From Hormoscilla sp. (GTDB taxonomy: Bacteria > Cyanobacteriota > Cyanobacteriia > Cyanobacteriales > Desertifilaceae), in contig JBFRWI010000126.1 of NCBI GenBank assembly GCA_051439505.1, positions 1 through 42,181 of the forward strand: DNA of 42,181 bases. The letters run 5' to 3'. The notes under the pieces were generated by a model that saw only the letters and a list, made by a program, of their open reading frames with translations, was not told the origin of the DNA and made no database searches. Positions 27,952 to 38,098 of the stretch are shown in pieces. How positions within the stretch are numbered: the first letter of the stretch is position 1; each line of letters starts with the position of its first letter. Both the position numbers and the translations under genes were made by a program.

Positions 27952-30645
27952 TTATGTACTACTATAACTGCTGCTGCGGACCAGAATCACGGTACAATTA
28001 CAGCCAGAGGCGATCGCCTCAGGAATATTGCCTTTAATGGCCTGCTGTAGCAAACCCTCGCGGCTGGCTCCCATCATCACCACGTCGGTGTTATCATTCT
28101 TAGCTTGGTCAATTATGGCTTCGGAAATATTGGTCGATCGCAGCACTGTGGCAGCGACAAAACCACTTTTGAGTTTCGGTTTGAGGAACTGACTCGCCCG
28201 ATCGAGCAGCTGGCGATCGATCTTTTCTAGATCGGGGTCAAAAACCTGGCACAAGCGGATTTCGGGAGCCAACTGTTTTTTGAGAAGGGCGGGAAGGAGT
28301 CGCACCGCCGCAGCGCTATTGGGACCACCCGCCATCGGCAATAGCCAGCGTTTAAAGAGGAGGACGGGACAATAATTAGGAGTGGGATTTTTCGACAAGG
28401 GATTGGGCAGATTGAGTGATAAATTATGCTCGCTAGCTGGCAAGCTGGCCTGAGAGTTAGCCCATTTAATCAGCACCAGATCGCAGGGGGCTTGGCGGAT
28501 CAGAGTGTCCACAGCATCGCCAAAAATCCGACCCGGAGTAGTAGCGCTACCCTTCCAACCCATCAACATGAGGTCGATGTGCCGTTCTGCGATCGCTTCC
28601 AAAATTGCCTGGGCCAAATCGTGGGTTACCCGCACCTGAGTATGGACTGGCACGACCCCATCTGGTACCATCTGCTTGGCCTTCTCGAACAAGACTAAAG
28701 ATTTGCCGTACTTTGCAGGTGTTTCTTCCGGGGGACTGCTGCGAGGTACCTTCTTCACCTGGAGACATTCGATTTCATAATCCTTTTCTATGGCGATCGC
28801 CAGAGCCATTTGCAATAATAATGGAGCTGTATTCGGGTTGGCCAGGGGTACGAGCAATCTGCCTCTTCCCGTTGCCGGGGCTGTGGTTTGGTAAACTACA
28901 TAGGAACGTCCAGTAGCAGAGGTGGCAGCAATCTTACCGTCCAGGCGATCGCCCTCAGTGCGGATGATATCGCTACGAGTAATAATCCCCACTAACTTGC
29001 GACCTTCAGTCACGGGTAGCCGACTGAGTTTGTAGCGGTTGAGCCGATAGACTACATCCGAGAGAGGATCTGTAGGTCTGACAGTTACGGGTTGAGCGGT
29101 CATAATCTCGCTGACAGGTCGATCGCCCGCCAATCCTTCCGTTTGGATCTTAGTCAGATCGCTTTGAGTAACAATCCCAACTAGCCGACCGTTCTCGACT
29201 ACGGGAAAGCCGCGATGATGGGAATGGGAAAAAGCTTTAACCGCTTCATCAAGGGTGAGTTGACTGGGTAATGTTTCCACCTTTTTTTGCATCACATCTG
29301 CGGCCTTCACCTCATCCAATCCCTGAGACCCAGGTTCTGCTTGAGGTTGAATGCCATTCCATTCCAAGAGGCGCTGGTACAGAGAACTTTCCGTTAAGAT
29401 ACCAGAAACCAGATAAGCAACCACAGAACCAATCATCAGGGGTAGCACGAGATTAAAGTCAGCAGTCATTTCAAACACGATCACGATGCTAGTGATCGGC
29501 ACCTTGCCCACAGCACTAAAGAAAGCCCCCATGCCTGCGAGGGCGTAGGTAGTGGGTGCAGCGACTCCCAGAATATAGTATTGCAAAGTGCCCACCAGGT
29601 GACCGAGAGCAGCTCCTAAAACTAGGGTGGGGGCGAACAGTCCTCCAGGGGTGCCCGCACCATAGGCGATGCAGGTGAGCAGAAAGTGAGCCACAAAGGC
29701 CAGGGTAGCCGTAGCGATCGTCACGTCACCCGCCAGCAAGATTTCTCGCAAACCCGCATTGTTGTTAAACCATTCTGGCAGTAGGGCGATCGCCATTCCC
29801 GAAACCAACCCTGCCAGGGCCATTCGCGCTGGTAAAGTGAGAGGCAAGCGGCGGTTGAGAGTCAGAGAGGTAATAATCCCTTGATTAAACAGAGTCCCCA
29901 GCAGTCCAGCGAGGATACCCAATAACAGGAAGGAGGGAATTTCTGGGGCAGAGAAACTGGTAATAGAGTCGCTGACTTCTCGGTTGAGATTAAAGTTTTC
30001 ACCCCCTAGCAGACGCGAGACTACCGCACCCACGAAGGAAGCAATAATAGCTGTTTCCAGGGTAAGTTCCGAGACATCATGCAGCAGTTCCTCGATCACA
30101 AATAGAACTCCGGCAATGGGGGCATTAAAACCCGCAGCTAATCCCGCAGCCGCCCCCGCAGCAATCATCTGGCGTCGGTGTTTGGGAGAAGTGGGAACTA
30201 CGCGGGCTAAACTAGCTGCTAGGGCGGCCCCAATTTGCACCGTTGGCCCTTGGCGACCCAGAGTCAATCCCGAGGAGACAGATAAGAGGGTACTGAAGAA
30301 TTTTACTAGGGCGACGCGCCAGTTGAGCACGATGGAGCCGCCAGTTAAGGCTGATTTAACTTGGGCCACGCCGCTACCCCGAGTTTCCGGTGCAAATTGC
30401 TCTATCAACCAGCCAGCAATGAAGCCAAAACTGATGCCGATGACTGGTAAAACTAACCAAACTGGCAGGTAGCTAGACGCCTGTATGCGAACTGGTCCTA
30501 ATAGCCCGATGCCATTTTTGAGCAACACTGCGCTGCATCCCGACACCAAACCAATAATGCAGGCTTCAAAGTTCGCGCCAGTACGGGAGGTACTTGCCTT
30601 TGCAAGGCGGCGTTTGGGCGATAGAAAGCGACTCAGGCTAAACAT
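27952..30645 (-). CDS. ClC chloride channel family protein with CBS pair and two USP domains
   Basis: GSGVAQ, GRQGPTVQ, FNAPIAG, GGLFAP; CBS pair; USP domains (MLMGW, VMMGASREG); the upstream in-frame start lies inside a REP, so ATG 30645 is preferred. Confidence 0.93.
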   Translation of the reverse strand: MFSLSRFLSPKRRLAKASTSRTGANFEACIIGLVSGCSAVLLKNGIGLLGPVRIQASSYLPVWLVLPVIGISFGFIAGWLIEQFAPETRGSGVAQVKSALTGGSIVLNWRVALVKFFSTLLSVSSGLTLGRQGPTVQIGAALAASLARVVPTSPKHRRQMIAAGAAAGLAAGFNAPIAGVLFVIEELLHDVSELTLETAIIASFVGAVVSRLLGGENFNLNREVSDSITSFSAPEIPSFLLLGILAGLLGTLFNQGIITSLTLNRRLPLTLPARMALAGLVSGMAIALLPEWFNNNAGLREILLAGDVTIATATLAFVAHFLLTCIAYGAGTPGGLFAPTLVLGAALGHLVGTLQYYILGVAAPTTYALAGMGAFFSAVGKVPITSIVIVFEMTADFNLVLPLMIGSVVAYLVSGILTESSLYQRLLEWNGIQPQAEPGSQGLDEVKAADVMQKKVETLPSQLTLDEAVKAFSHSHHRGFPVVENGRLVGIVTQSDLTKIQTEGLAGDRPVSEIMTAQPVTVRPTDPLSDVVYRLNRYKLSRLPVTEGRKLVGIITRSDIIRTEGDRLDGKIAATSATGRSYVVYQTTAPATGRGRLLVPLANPNTAPLLLQMALAIAIEKDYEIECLQVKKVPRSSPPEETPAKYGKSLVLFEKAKQMVPDGVVPVHTQVRVTHDLAQAILEAIAERHIDLMLMGWKGSATTPGRIFGDAVDTLIRQAPCDLVLIKWANSQASLPASEHNLSLNLPNPLSKNPTPNYCPVLLFKRWLLPMAGGPNSAAAVRLLPALLKKQLAPEIRLCQVFDPDLEKIDRQLLDRASQFLKPKLKSGFVAATVLRSTNISEAIIDQAKNDNTDVVMMGASREGLLQQAIKGNIPEAIASGCNCTVILVRSSSYSST

Positions 30646-30759
30646 AACATCGGTAGGGTGGGCCGTGCCCACAGTCAGTCAGTTGTTGCTTGTCACAAAG
30701 TTCACATGCTCTCCAGATCGGAAAGAGTACAGCGTGATTTTATCTTTGAGGTTTCATAC

Positions 30760-32070
30760 TTAATCCGTTTTTCCGGTAACAGAAAGACCGTCAACAATCA
30801 AAGATGGGGTATAGCAGGAACCGTTCCAGTCGGCGTCGCCTCCCAATGCCACTAACTGTTTCAGGGCCTGATATACATTACCAGCAACCATCGTATCTTT
30901 AAATCTACCGACTATTTGACCGTCACGGACAAGATATCCCAGGTCAACGTTGATGGAAAATTCTCCAGAAATTCCCGCCGCATCCCCAAGCATCTGATCT
31001 ACTACCAGTCCATCTTCTAGCTGGGTAATTAAGTCGGACAGTTGACCGGTTCCGGGTTTAATTAGCAAGTTAAACAGACCCGGTGTGGGATAACTTCCTA
31101 AACCGGGGCGAAACCCATTCCCCGTGGTTCCTTTACCCAGCAATCTGCCTATGGTCCGATCGGCGTAGAAGTTTTCTAAGATGCCATGTTGAATGAATAC
31201 TAAAGGTTGGGCGATCGTGCCTTCGTCGTCAAAGGGGCAACTGTAAGGACCAATGTCTGGCTGCTGGTAAAGGGTGAGGTGGGTGGAGATTACCTCTTCT
31301 CCTAATTTATCGCTCCAGGGAGATGCTTTCTCTACTACTCGTTTACCATTGAGGGCGCTGCTAATGATTCCCCAGAAGAGGTCTGCTGCTTTGGCAGTAA
31401 ACAAAATTGGTAGGCGACCTGTTGTGGGGGGTGGCACGTTTGCTTTGGCCCAGTTTAATCGCTGTAATAATGAATTTGCGATGATACTGGGGTCGAGGCG
31501 AGTTCGCTGGGTTTGACCGTCACTCACGCCTAAGAAATCATCCCCCCGCACCCATTCTGATTCTAGATAGCAGTTGAGGCTGCTGTCTGTATAGCTACAG
31601 TTTAATCCCTGGGAGTTGATGATGCTAGTTGTTTCAATTTCACAATCCCATTCGCTATTACAAATAACTTCTGGGTATACTTCTCTAACTCTGGCGATCG
31701 CCTCTTTTCCCCAGGCTACCAACTGCTCTGCTGCCACATCTTTTCCCATATTTTCCTCTATATTTTTTCCTCCCTTTTCTGCTAATTCTATTGTTTGAGT
31801 CGGGTTGAGATGGGAGAGCGCGATCGCCCGTTCTACCAGGGCCTCTGGGTCCACTGGACCGTAGGCTACTGCCACACCCGGACGTCCGTCCACCCACAGT
31901 CGTAGGGCCGTACCTGCTGATTCACTGTTCGTCAGTTCCTTGAGTTTGTTCGCCTCGAATGCCGCCGATAAAGAGCGCGATCGCTCAGTAAATACTTCAG
32001 CTGCTTCTGCGCCATTTTTTGCCGCTATATCTAACAGTCGAGCGGCCAATTTTTCTTGTTCTCTTTCCAC
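30760..32070 (-). CDS. TldD/PmbA family protein (PmbA/TldE-like)
   Basis: GAEAAEVF, PFDDEG, TTGNG, SGEFS..G.LVRDG..DTMVAGN; no HExxH seen. Confidence 0.9.
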   Translation of the reverse strand: MEREQEKLAARLLDIAAKNGAEAAEVFTERSRSLSAAFEANKLKELTNSESAGTALRLWVDGRPGVAVAYGPVDPEALVERAIALSHLNPTQTIELAEKGGKNIEENMGKDVAAEQLVAWGKEAIARVREVYPEVICNSEWDCEIETTSIINSQGLNCSYTDSSLNCYLESEWVRGDDFLGVSDGQTQRTRLDPSIIANSLLQRLNWAKANVPPPTTGRLPILFTAKAADLFWGIISSALNGKRVVEKASPWSDKLGEEVISTHLTLYQQPDIGPYSCPFDDEGTIAQPLVFIQHGILENFYADRTIGRLLGKGTTGNGFRPGLGSYPTPGLFNLLIKPGTGQLSDLITQLEDGLVVDQMLGDAAGISGEFSINVDLGYLVRDGQIVGRFKDTMVAGNVYQALKQLVALGGDADWNGSCYTPSLIVDGLSVTGKTD

Positions 32071-32439
32071 ATCTCCTCCTCATCTCAGTTACACCGCCGG
32101 GGGGGTTCAAACCCAAAGGCTAGAGGCGCTCAGTCGGTTAAAACTTTCGATCTTGCAGTATTCTCAATTGGTCTCCTGGCCCGCCGTGGGTTAAAACCCA
32201 CTGTCCGCATTGTCTACAAAGCGTTTTCCCCTCGTTCCCAGGCGGGAGCCACCGAACGAATTATTGAGGCTCTGCCTCTAGTTCCGACAGATGCAAGATC
32301 GCAAGTTTTAACCGACTAATAGGATAATTTTAAACTAATTGTTGCATTTTTGACAAAATTGGATTACACTATAGATCTCTTTCCTTGACAAGGCGGCGGA
32401 ACGTTCTCCCAGAGAATCTGCCTCCTGTCAATACAGCTT

Positions 32440-33306
32440 TTATGCTAGGTGCAGTTCTTGTAACAGCCAAAATCCGGCAAAGGATTGGGACTGCGGATCG
32501 GACTGGACTGCTAAAAAATGAATTCGATCGGCTTGCTGTTTCGCCGCTTCAAATTCTTCAGCTTCTTTGATGAGTTGCTTATTCTTCAGGTTCGCTAAAA
32601 TCCAACTGTCACTGGAGCCCGTTTCCAAGATTAATCTGGCTGGTTCCCCAGGAAGATACTTCCAGAAAGCCAGTTCTATCCCGGACATCCAACCCGCGAT
32701 CGGCTGGGCCCGGGGCGAGAATAAAATCACGCCCGGAATCTTCGTTTCTGCCGTTATCTTTGGCGGCATGGGGAAAGCTTCGCCAAAGGAAATCTCCCAC
32801 TCCGACATTTCCTGAAGATCCCCCGCTGTTAAGCTGACAAAGGCCCATTGCTTGGGCATCAGGGCGTCTGGTAGCCGTAGAGGCGTTTGGGGTTGATAGC
32901 GCACGGATGCTGATGGTACAGCCTGGGGGTCGTATCCAGTCTCCTGGGGATATACTGAGTTGCTTCGTTCTTCCAGCAACTGGTTGAGGGCGATCGTCCG
33001 CCGGGACGGCACTGCCTGAATTCCTAATTCCTCGCAGGCTTTTGTTATCATATTCTTCATCGGACGCCGGAAGAAGCGAATTTGGCTGGGGGCTTTTCCC
33101 GAAGATGCGATCGCCTCTTCCAGGACTTGGCGCAGCTTCACCGAATTCACCTCTTTACTAGAACAATACTGAGAGTATTGAAATAGTGATTCCAGGGGGC
33201 GCTGAATAGCCAAGGGACTTTCGCACAGCAGCACTTCCCAGATTTTTTTGTTGTTATCGTCTAAAATTGGACGAGAGTAGAAATCTAATTCCCAGATTAT
33301 TCCCAT
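32440..33306 (-). CDS. tab2: Tab2/Atab2 family RNA-binding protein
   Basis: IWELDFYSRPILD..KKIWE, IRFFR..M..MI, HFLAVQ..FAGFWLL. Confidence 0.92.
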   Translation of the reverse strand: MGIIWELDFYSRPILDDNNKKIWEVLLCESPLAIQRPLESLFQYSQYCSSKEVNSVKLRQVLEEAIASSGKAPSQIRFFRRPMKNMITKACEELGIQAVPSRRTIALNQLLEERSNSVYPQETGYDPQAVPSASVRYQPQTPLRLPDALMPKQWAFVSLTAGDLQEMSEWEISFGEAFPMPPKITAETKIPGVILFSPRAQPIAGWMSGIELAFWKYLPGEPARLILETGSSDSWILANLKNKQLIKEAEEFEAAKQQADRIHFLAVQSDPQSQSFAGFWLLQELHLA

Positions 33307-33372
33307 TGCTAATTGCTAATTGCTAGTTGTTAATTGCTAATTGCCATAACCATGAACAATTAGCAATTCTCG

Positions 33373-34287
33373 CTATTGGTTTTCCAATATTTTTTTCGCC
33401 GCCCTGTCTTTACGGGCCTCTGCCGTTGCCATGACTTCGGACATTTTCTCGATCATTTCTCCGGGGTAATTTTCCAGCAACCTGGTTGACAGAGAAATGC
33501 GATTTCTGCCTTCATCCAGATTAATAATCATCGCTTTGATTTCCTGACCCATCTGAAACAGGTCTGACAGGGACGGTACGTAATTTTGACTGACTTGCTT
33601 GACATGCAGCAGAGCTGTCGCCGCACCCAAATCTACAAATACTCCAAAGGGTTTGATGTTAGCAATTTTACCTTCTACCATCTGACCCAACTCGAACTCG
33701 CTGAAGCTATTGGACTGGGCTGCTATCCGCTGAGAGAGGACAATTTTTTTCCTTTCCGGGTTAACCTCTAAAAAGCTGACGCTCAGGGATTCTCCCTTGA
33801 GGGCTTCCAGGTTGTCTCGTGAGAGCAGATGCGATCGGGGAATAAAGCCGCGCAACCCTTCAACATCCACAGTAACGCCGCCTTTATTGGAGCCCGTGAC
33901 CATCACCTGCAATGATTGCTTATTTTCCTCCATCTCGGTCAGCTTTTCCCATATCCGCTTGATTTCCAGCTGACGGCGGGAGAGAGTCACCTGACCTTCA
34001 TCATTTTGCTCGCGGACGATCAGGAAGTCCATTTCCTCTGCTAGAGGCAGGATTTCTTTGATATCCTTATCCTTTAAGCTGCCCAAGGCAACTTCGCTCA
34101 TGGGTAAGAATGCTGTGGACTTGGCACCAATTTCTACATAGACGCCATCCTCATCGTATATTTCTACCTTGCCCCGCACGACTTGCCCATATGAGAAGTT
34201 ATAGTCATGTGCTTCTAGGGCCTGGGCGAAATCATCCATTGAGAATGAATCTTTGGTGGACTTAGGTGCTGTTTCTTGGAAATTCAT
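33373..34287 (-). CDS. S1 RNA-binding domain protein (second cyanobacterial S1 homolog)
   Basis: FSMDDFAQALE, three S1 repeats (NKGGV..GLRGFIPRSH; KPFGVFVD..LLH); ATG 34287 avoids overlap with the upstream gene. Confidence 0.9.
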   Translation of the reverse strand: MNFQETAPKSTKDSFSMDDFAQALEAHDYNFSYGQVVRGKVEIYDEDGVYVEIGAKSTAFLPMSEVALGSLKDKDIKEILPLAEEMDFLIVREQNDEGQVTLSRRQLEIKRIWEKLTEMEENKQSLQVMVTGSNKGGVTVDVEGLRGFIPRSHLLSRDNLEALKGESLSVSFLEVNPERKKIVLSQRIAAQSNSFSEFELGQMVEGKIANIKPFGVFVDLGAATALLHVKQVSQNYVPSLSDLFQMGQEIKAMIINLDEGRNRISLSTRLLENYPGEMIEKMSEVMATAEARKDRAAKKILENQ

Positions 34288-34303
34288 TGTACTGGTGAAG
34301 AAG

Positions 34304-35053
34304 TTAGGCTGCCTGGAGAACTTGAAGAAATAGCTGCTGAACCTGCTTCCAGGCATCGGTTGCAGCCTCTTGATTATAACTAGAACGGTGGTCGCAGCAG
34401 AAACCGTGGCCTGCTCCATCGTAGCGAAAGATGCGATGGGGAATTTGATGTTTTTGCAGTTCGGCCTCTATTTGCTCTACTTGTGCTGCTGGGATGCTGG
34501 CGTCTTCCATGCCAAAGAAGCCGTAAATGGTGCCTTTAATCTCGGGAGTGCCGGTAATGGTGGCCGGGCCGTCTCCGGGAGACCAGTTGGTGATGCCCGA
34601 ACCGTAGAATGAGGCCGTGGCTTTAATCTCCGGTAGGGTGGCGGCCAGATAGGCTACGTGACCCCCAAAGCAGAAGCCTATACTACCAAAGCCCGAGCGG
34701 GCCACTTCTGTATGCTGTTTCAGGTAGTCTATAGTAGCTTGGATGTCGCTTTTCAGTTCCTCGGCCTTGGTTTGGGCTTTGTATTCTCTGCCGATTTTAA
34801 TATCTTCGGGGGTGTAACTGGCTTCAAAACCGGGGGCAAGGCGCTGGTAGATGGCAGGGGCGATCGCCACATAGCCATTTTTAGCTATCCGTTCGGTCAC
34901 CTCGCGGATGTGGGAGTTGACTCCAAAGATTTCCTGTATGACTACCACGCCTGGGTAGGTTCCCGGTGCTGCGGGTTGGGCCAGGTAAGCGTCGAGGAGT
35001 AAGTCCCCGTTGGGTACTTGGACTTGGGCAGTTCTAATTTCTGGGTTGGCCAT
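34304..35053 (-). CDS. Dienelactone hydrolase family protein
   Basis: QEIFGVN, GFCFGG nucleophile motif, GAGHGF. Confidence 0.95.
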   Translation of the reverse strand: MANPEIRTAQVQVPNGDLLLDAYLAQPAAPGTYPGVVVIQEIFGVNSHIREVTERIAKNGYVAIAPAIYQRLAPGFEASYTPEDIKIGREYKAQTKAEELKSDIQATIDYLKQHTEVARSGFGSIGFCFGGHVAYLAATLPEIKATASFYGSGITNWSPGDGPATITGTPEIKGTIYGFFGMEDASIPAAQVEQIEAELQKHQIPHRIFRYDGAGHGFCCDHRSSYNQEAATDAWKQVQQLFLQVLQAA

Positions 35054-35188
35054 CGGTCTAGTGCGCGAGGGTGATTTGACTAGATCGATTTTATCGCGCT
35101 GGGGAGAACATCAGTCAAGTAGAAGCAAGAAACCGGGTCTCGGAGTGCCGCTATCAAGGACATCTCTCAGGTCAGACCAGAGAAACCC

Positions 35189-35506
35189 CAATACTTCTCG
35201 GTTAATAATCTGTCATTGCGAGGGGGGGGACACAAACCAACATTTTAGGGATCGCCGCGAGGATCCCCCCTAATACTTCAAGGGATACAACTTGTCATTG
35301 CGAGGGGGAAGCCAAAACCGACATTTTAGGGATCGCCGCGAGGATCCCCCCGAAGCAATCTCACCGACGACGCAGAAGGGCTTTTCCTTTCATACGGGGC
35401 GGGGGATTGCTTCGGGGGGGGGTTAATTCGGTTGAGCAGGCCGTTAATCACTACGTACCCCCCCCCCTCGCAATGACAACCTATATCCAAAACCTACGAA
35501 GTATTG
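35189..35506. mobile_element. 318-bp MITE-like element, TIR CAATACTTC, 10-bp TSD AGAGAAACCC
   Basis: CAATACTTC 35189-35197 / GAAGTATTG 35498-35506; AGAGAAACCC at 35179-35188 and 35507-35516; TGTCATTGCGAG core. Confidence 0.9.
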
Positions 35507-35581
35507 AGAGAAACCCGGATTCAGTAGAAAAGGTTATTCTATAGACATAATTACGCTCTCAGCCAGCCTGGAGGTTATGTA

Positions 35582-36565
35582 ATGGCTAAGTTTCAGATTC
35601 AGCTAGATAGTGACATCCCCGCATCCAACCAGCTCTTTAATCAAATTCGGTTCGCGATCGCCTCTAGGCAATATCCCCCGGGCTACCGGCTCCCCAGCAC
35701 CCGCTCTCTAGCGATGCAGACTGGTTTACACCGCAACACGGTGAACAAGGTGTATCGACAGTTAGAAGACGCTGGTCTGGTGGAAGCGCAAGCGGGTTCG
35801 GGGATTTTCGTGCGCACGGAAGTTCTGGAGGGAAAAGCGCCACACAAGTCTTATCTGTTGGAAAAATACCCAGATGCCCAACAGCTAGTGCAACGGAGTT
35901 TAAACGAGCTGCTAGAGCAAGGTTGCTCTCTCAATGAAGCCCGAGAGTTATTTTTAGCAGAAATTGACTGGCGCTTGCGTTCTAGTGCCCGGGTACTGGT
36001 GACTGCACCGCGTCATGATATCGGTGTGGGGGAGTTGATGACCCAGGAGTTGGAACAAGCACTGGGGATACCGGTGCAGCTGGTGCCTTTGGAGGAGCTG
36101 GCTGAGGTGCTAGAGCGGATTTCCTCGGCGACTGTGGTCACTAACAAGTATTTTATAGGAGAGGCCCAGAAAAAGGCGGCTCCCCAATCGGTGCGGGTGA
36201 TTCCGGTTGATATCTATGACTATGCTGAGGAAATTGAGCGGGTGAAAAACTTGCCCTCAGACACTTGTTATGGTGTTGTCAGCCTCAGTGCTGGGGTGCT
36301 GCGTGTCACGGAGGTGATGATTAATAGCCTCAGAGGTGAGGATATTTATCTGATGAAGGCTCAGCCCCAAGATAATTATAAACTAGATGCTATGGTGCGA
36401 TCGGCCCAAATGATCGCTACTGATATGGCGAGTTATGATGCGGTTAAGGCGGCGGTGGAAGCTGCTAGAGAGGACATTATTCGCGCTCCTCGGATCTATC
36501 CCTGTCAGAATTATATCGATTCTCAGTCGATCGAGCGCCTGAAGCGCGAACTAGGTTTGGACTAA
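35582..36565 (+). CDS. plmA: GntR-family transcriptional regulator, PlmA subfamily
   Basis: FQIQLDSDIPASNQLFNQIRFAIASRQYPPG.RLPSTR, GLHRNT, EIDWRL. Confidence 0.88.
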   Translation: MAKFQIQLDSDIPASNQLFNQIRFAIASRQYPPGYRLPSTRSLAMQTGLHRNTVNKVYRQLEDAGLVEAQAGSGIFVRTEVLEGKAPHKSYLLEKYPDAQQLVQRSLNELLEQGCSLNEARELFLAEIDWRLRSSARVLVTAPRHDIGVGELMTQELEQALGIPVQLVPLEELAEVLERISSATVVTNKYFIGEAQKKAAPQSVRVIPVDIYDYAEEIERVKNLPSDTCYGVVSLSAGVLRVTEVMINSLRGEDIYLMKAQPQDNYKLDAMVRSAQMIATDMASYDAVKAAVEAAREDIIRAPRIYPCQNYIDSQSIERLKRELGLD

Positions 36566-36578
36566 GTTGGAGTGATTA

Positions 36579-36859
36579 CAATTAATAATCTGTCATTGCG
36601 ATTTTTCGCGCAGCGTGGGGGAAACCAAAACCGAGATTTAAGGAATCACAGCTAAGGATCCCCCGAAGCAATCTCACCGCGCTGTATCCTGGGTAGTGCG
36701 AGTAGCGCTCCCAGGATACAGCGAGACGCAATTCGTGCTGTTAATATTATACGGGCGGGGGGATTGCTTCGGGGGGGTTGACTCAATGGGAGCATAAGTT
36801 AATCGTGGAGTACCCCCCCCCTCGCAATGACAACCTATATTCAAAACCTTGAAGTATTG
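36579..36859. mobile_element. 281-bp copy of the CAATACTTC element, 10-bp TSD GGAGTGATTA
   Basis: GGAGTGATTA at 36569-36578 and 36860-36869; right TIR GAAGTATTG 36851-36859; left end CAAT-TAATAATC lacks about 10 nt. Confidence 0.88.
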
Positions 36860-36868
36860 GGAGTGATT

Positions 36869-37531
36869 ATGACACAACAGCCTGCTATGAACCTACAAGA
36901 GGCGATCGAGGAGCGTCGTGCGGCGCGTTCTTTCCGCCCGGATCCTATTCCCGAGGATACTTTAGCAGAAATTCTGCGCTTGGGATTGCGATCGCCTTCT
37001 GGATTCAATTTACAACCCTGGCGTTTTGTGGTAGTCAGGGAGCCAGAGAATAAGGAAAAGCTGAGTGCCTGTGCATTCAATCAGCCTCAAGTGACGGAAG
37101 CGCCAGTGGTGCTGATTTGCTGTGGCGATCGGCGGGCAAGCAGCAGCGAGAACATTGAAGCAATGATCGCCCTGGGGAAAGAAACTGGTGCGGTGAATGA
37201 TAAGTACGCTGATTTTATGCGGAGATCTATTCCCGGGATATTTGAAAATCGCCCGTCCTTTGAGTCAATGGAAGCTTGGACAAATCGCCATACAATGCTA
37301 GCGGTTGCCCATATAATGATTGTAGCGAAAAGCTTTGGGGTTGATAGCTGTCCTATGGAAGGGTTTGTGGGAGCGCAGGTAAAGGAAACGTTCAATATTC
37401 CAGAGGAAGTAGATGTCTGCTGTCTGTTACCTTTGGGTTATGCGAAAGAACCCTTTAAGCTGTATGGCGGACGTTTCGGGTTTGATAAAGTCTGCTACGG
37501 GGAGAGTTTTGGAGCAGCATTTAACCCGTAG
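36869..37531 (+). CDS. Nitroreductase family protein
   Basis: RRAARSF, SPSGFNLQPWRFVVV, NQPQV, DSCPMEGF; true ATG at 36869 after GGAG. Confidence 0.93.
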   Translation: MTQQPAMNLQEAIEERRAARSFRPDPIPEDTLAEILRLGLRSPSGFNLQPWRFVVVREPENKEKLSACAFNQPQVTEAPVVLICCGDRRASSSENIEAMIALGKETGAVNDKYADFMRRSIPGIFENRPSFESMEAWTNRHTMLAVAHIMIVAKSFGVDSCPMEGFVGAQVKETFNIPEEVDVCCLLPLGYAKEPFKLYGGRFGFDKVCYGESFGAAFNP

Positions 37532-37562
37532 CCCACCAGGCACCGCCCACTAGCTGTTAACT

Positions 37563-37598
37563 TAGAAACCCGGTTTTTACGAAACAACCGGGTTTCTA
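37563..37598. terminator. 13-bp stem hairpin after the nitroreductase gene (AGAAACCCGGTTT repeat family)
   Basis: TAGAAACCCGGTT / AACCGGGTTTCTA. Confidence 0.5.
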
Positions 37599-37621
37599 TA
37601 TTCACCAGTTGAGAGGAGCAC

Positions 37622-37651
37622 TTGACAGGAAGAAGGAAACTATGTTAAGCT
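37622..37651 (+). promoter_or_regulatory. Possible sigma70-type promoter
   Basis: TTGACA 37622-37627, 18-nt spacer, TGn-TAAGCT 37646-37651. Confidence 0.35.
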
Positions 37652-37744
37652 AAGAAAAGACTGGGAGGTGGAGCGATGATAATCTATTGGTATTGCTTAT
37701 GGTACTCGCAATTGTAGCTGAACCGGCACGCTACGCTATTAAAA

Positions 37745-38098
37745 ATGACGGCTGATAATGTCATTCGGGTAGGAAAAACTCGCGTAACCCTTGACACGGT
37801 AATTGCCGTATTCAAACAAGGAACAACGGCAGAAGAAATTGTTTATCGATATCCGTCCCTGAAGCTGGCTGATGTTTACGGGACTATTGCTTTCTATCTC
37901 AACCATCAGCAAGAAGTGGAAGCATACTTACAGGAACGGCAGCAGCAAGCCCGAGAAATTCGTATGATGAATGAGGCGAAGTTCGATCCTCAAGGTTTGC
38001 GCGATCGGTTACTTGCTCGCAAAGCATCTCATATTTGCGTCGCCGCCCGAACCCTAAAGGGTCCGGCTACAGGAACAAAGCCCGCCTGCGCGGGCTAA
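37745..38098 (+). CDS. DUF433 protein, C-terminus supplied by a repeat element; 5' end possibly frameshifted
   Basis: IRVGKTRVTLDTVI..G.TAEEI..YPSL.LADVY..IAFYL; out-of-frame MVLAIVAEPA starts at 37699. Confidence 0.8.
   Translation: MTADNVIRVGKTRVTLDTVIAVFKQGTTAEEIVYRYPSLKLADVYGTIAFYLNHQQEVEAYLQERQQQAREIRMMNEAKFDPQGLRDRLLARKASHICVAARTLKGPATGTKPACAG

Noticed and set aside
34288..34419. N-terminal extension of the S1 protein
   Set aside because: Overlaps the dienelactone hydrolase gene; family similarity begins near ATG 34287
36827..36868. Longer nitroreductase start
   Set aside because: Lies within the inserted element; the RBS supports ATG 36869
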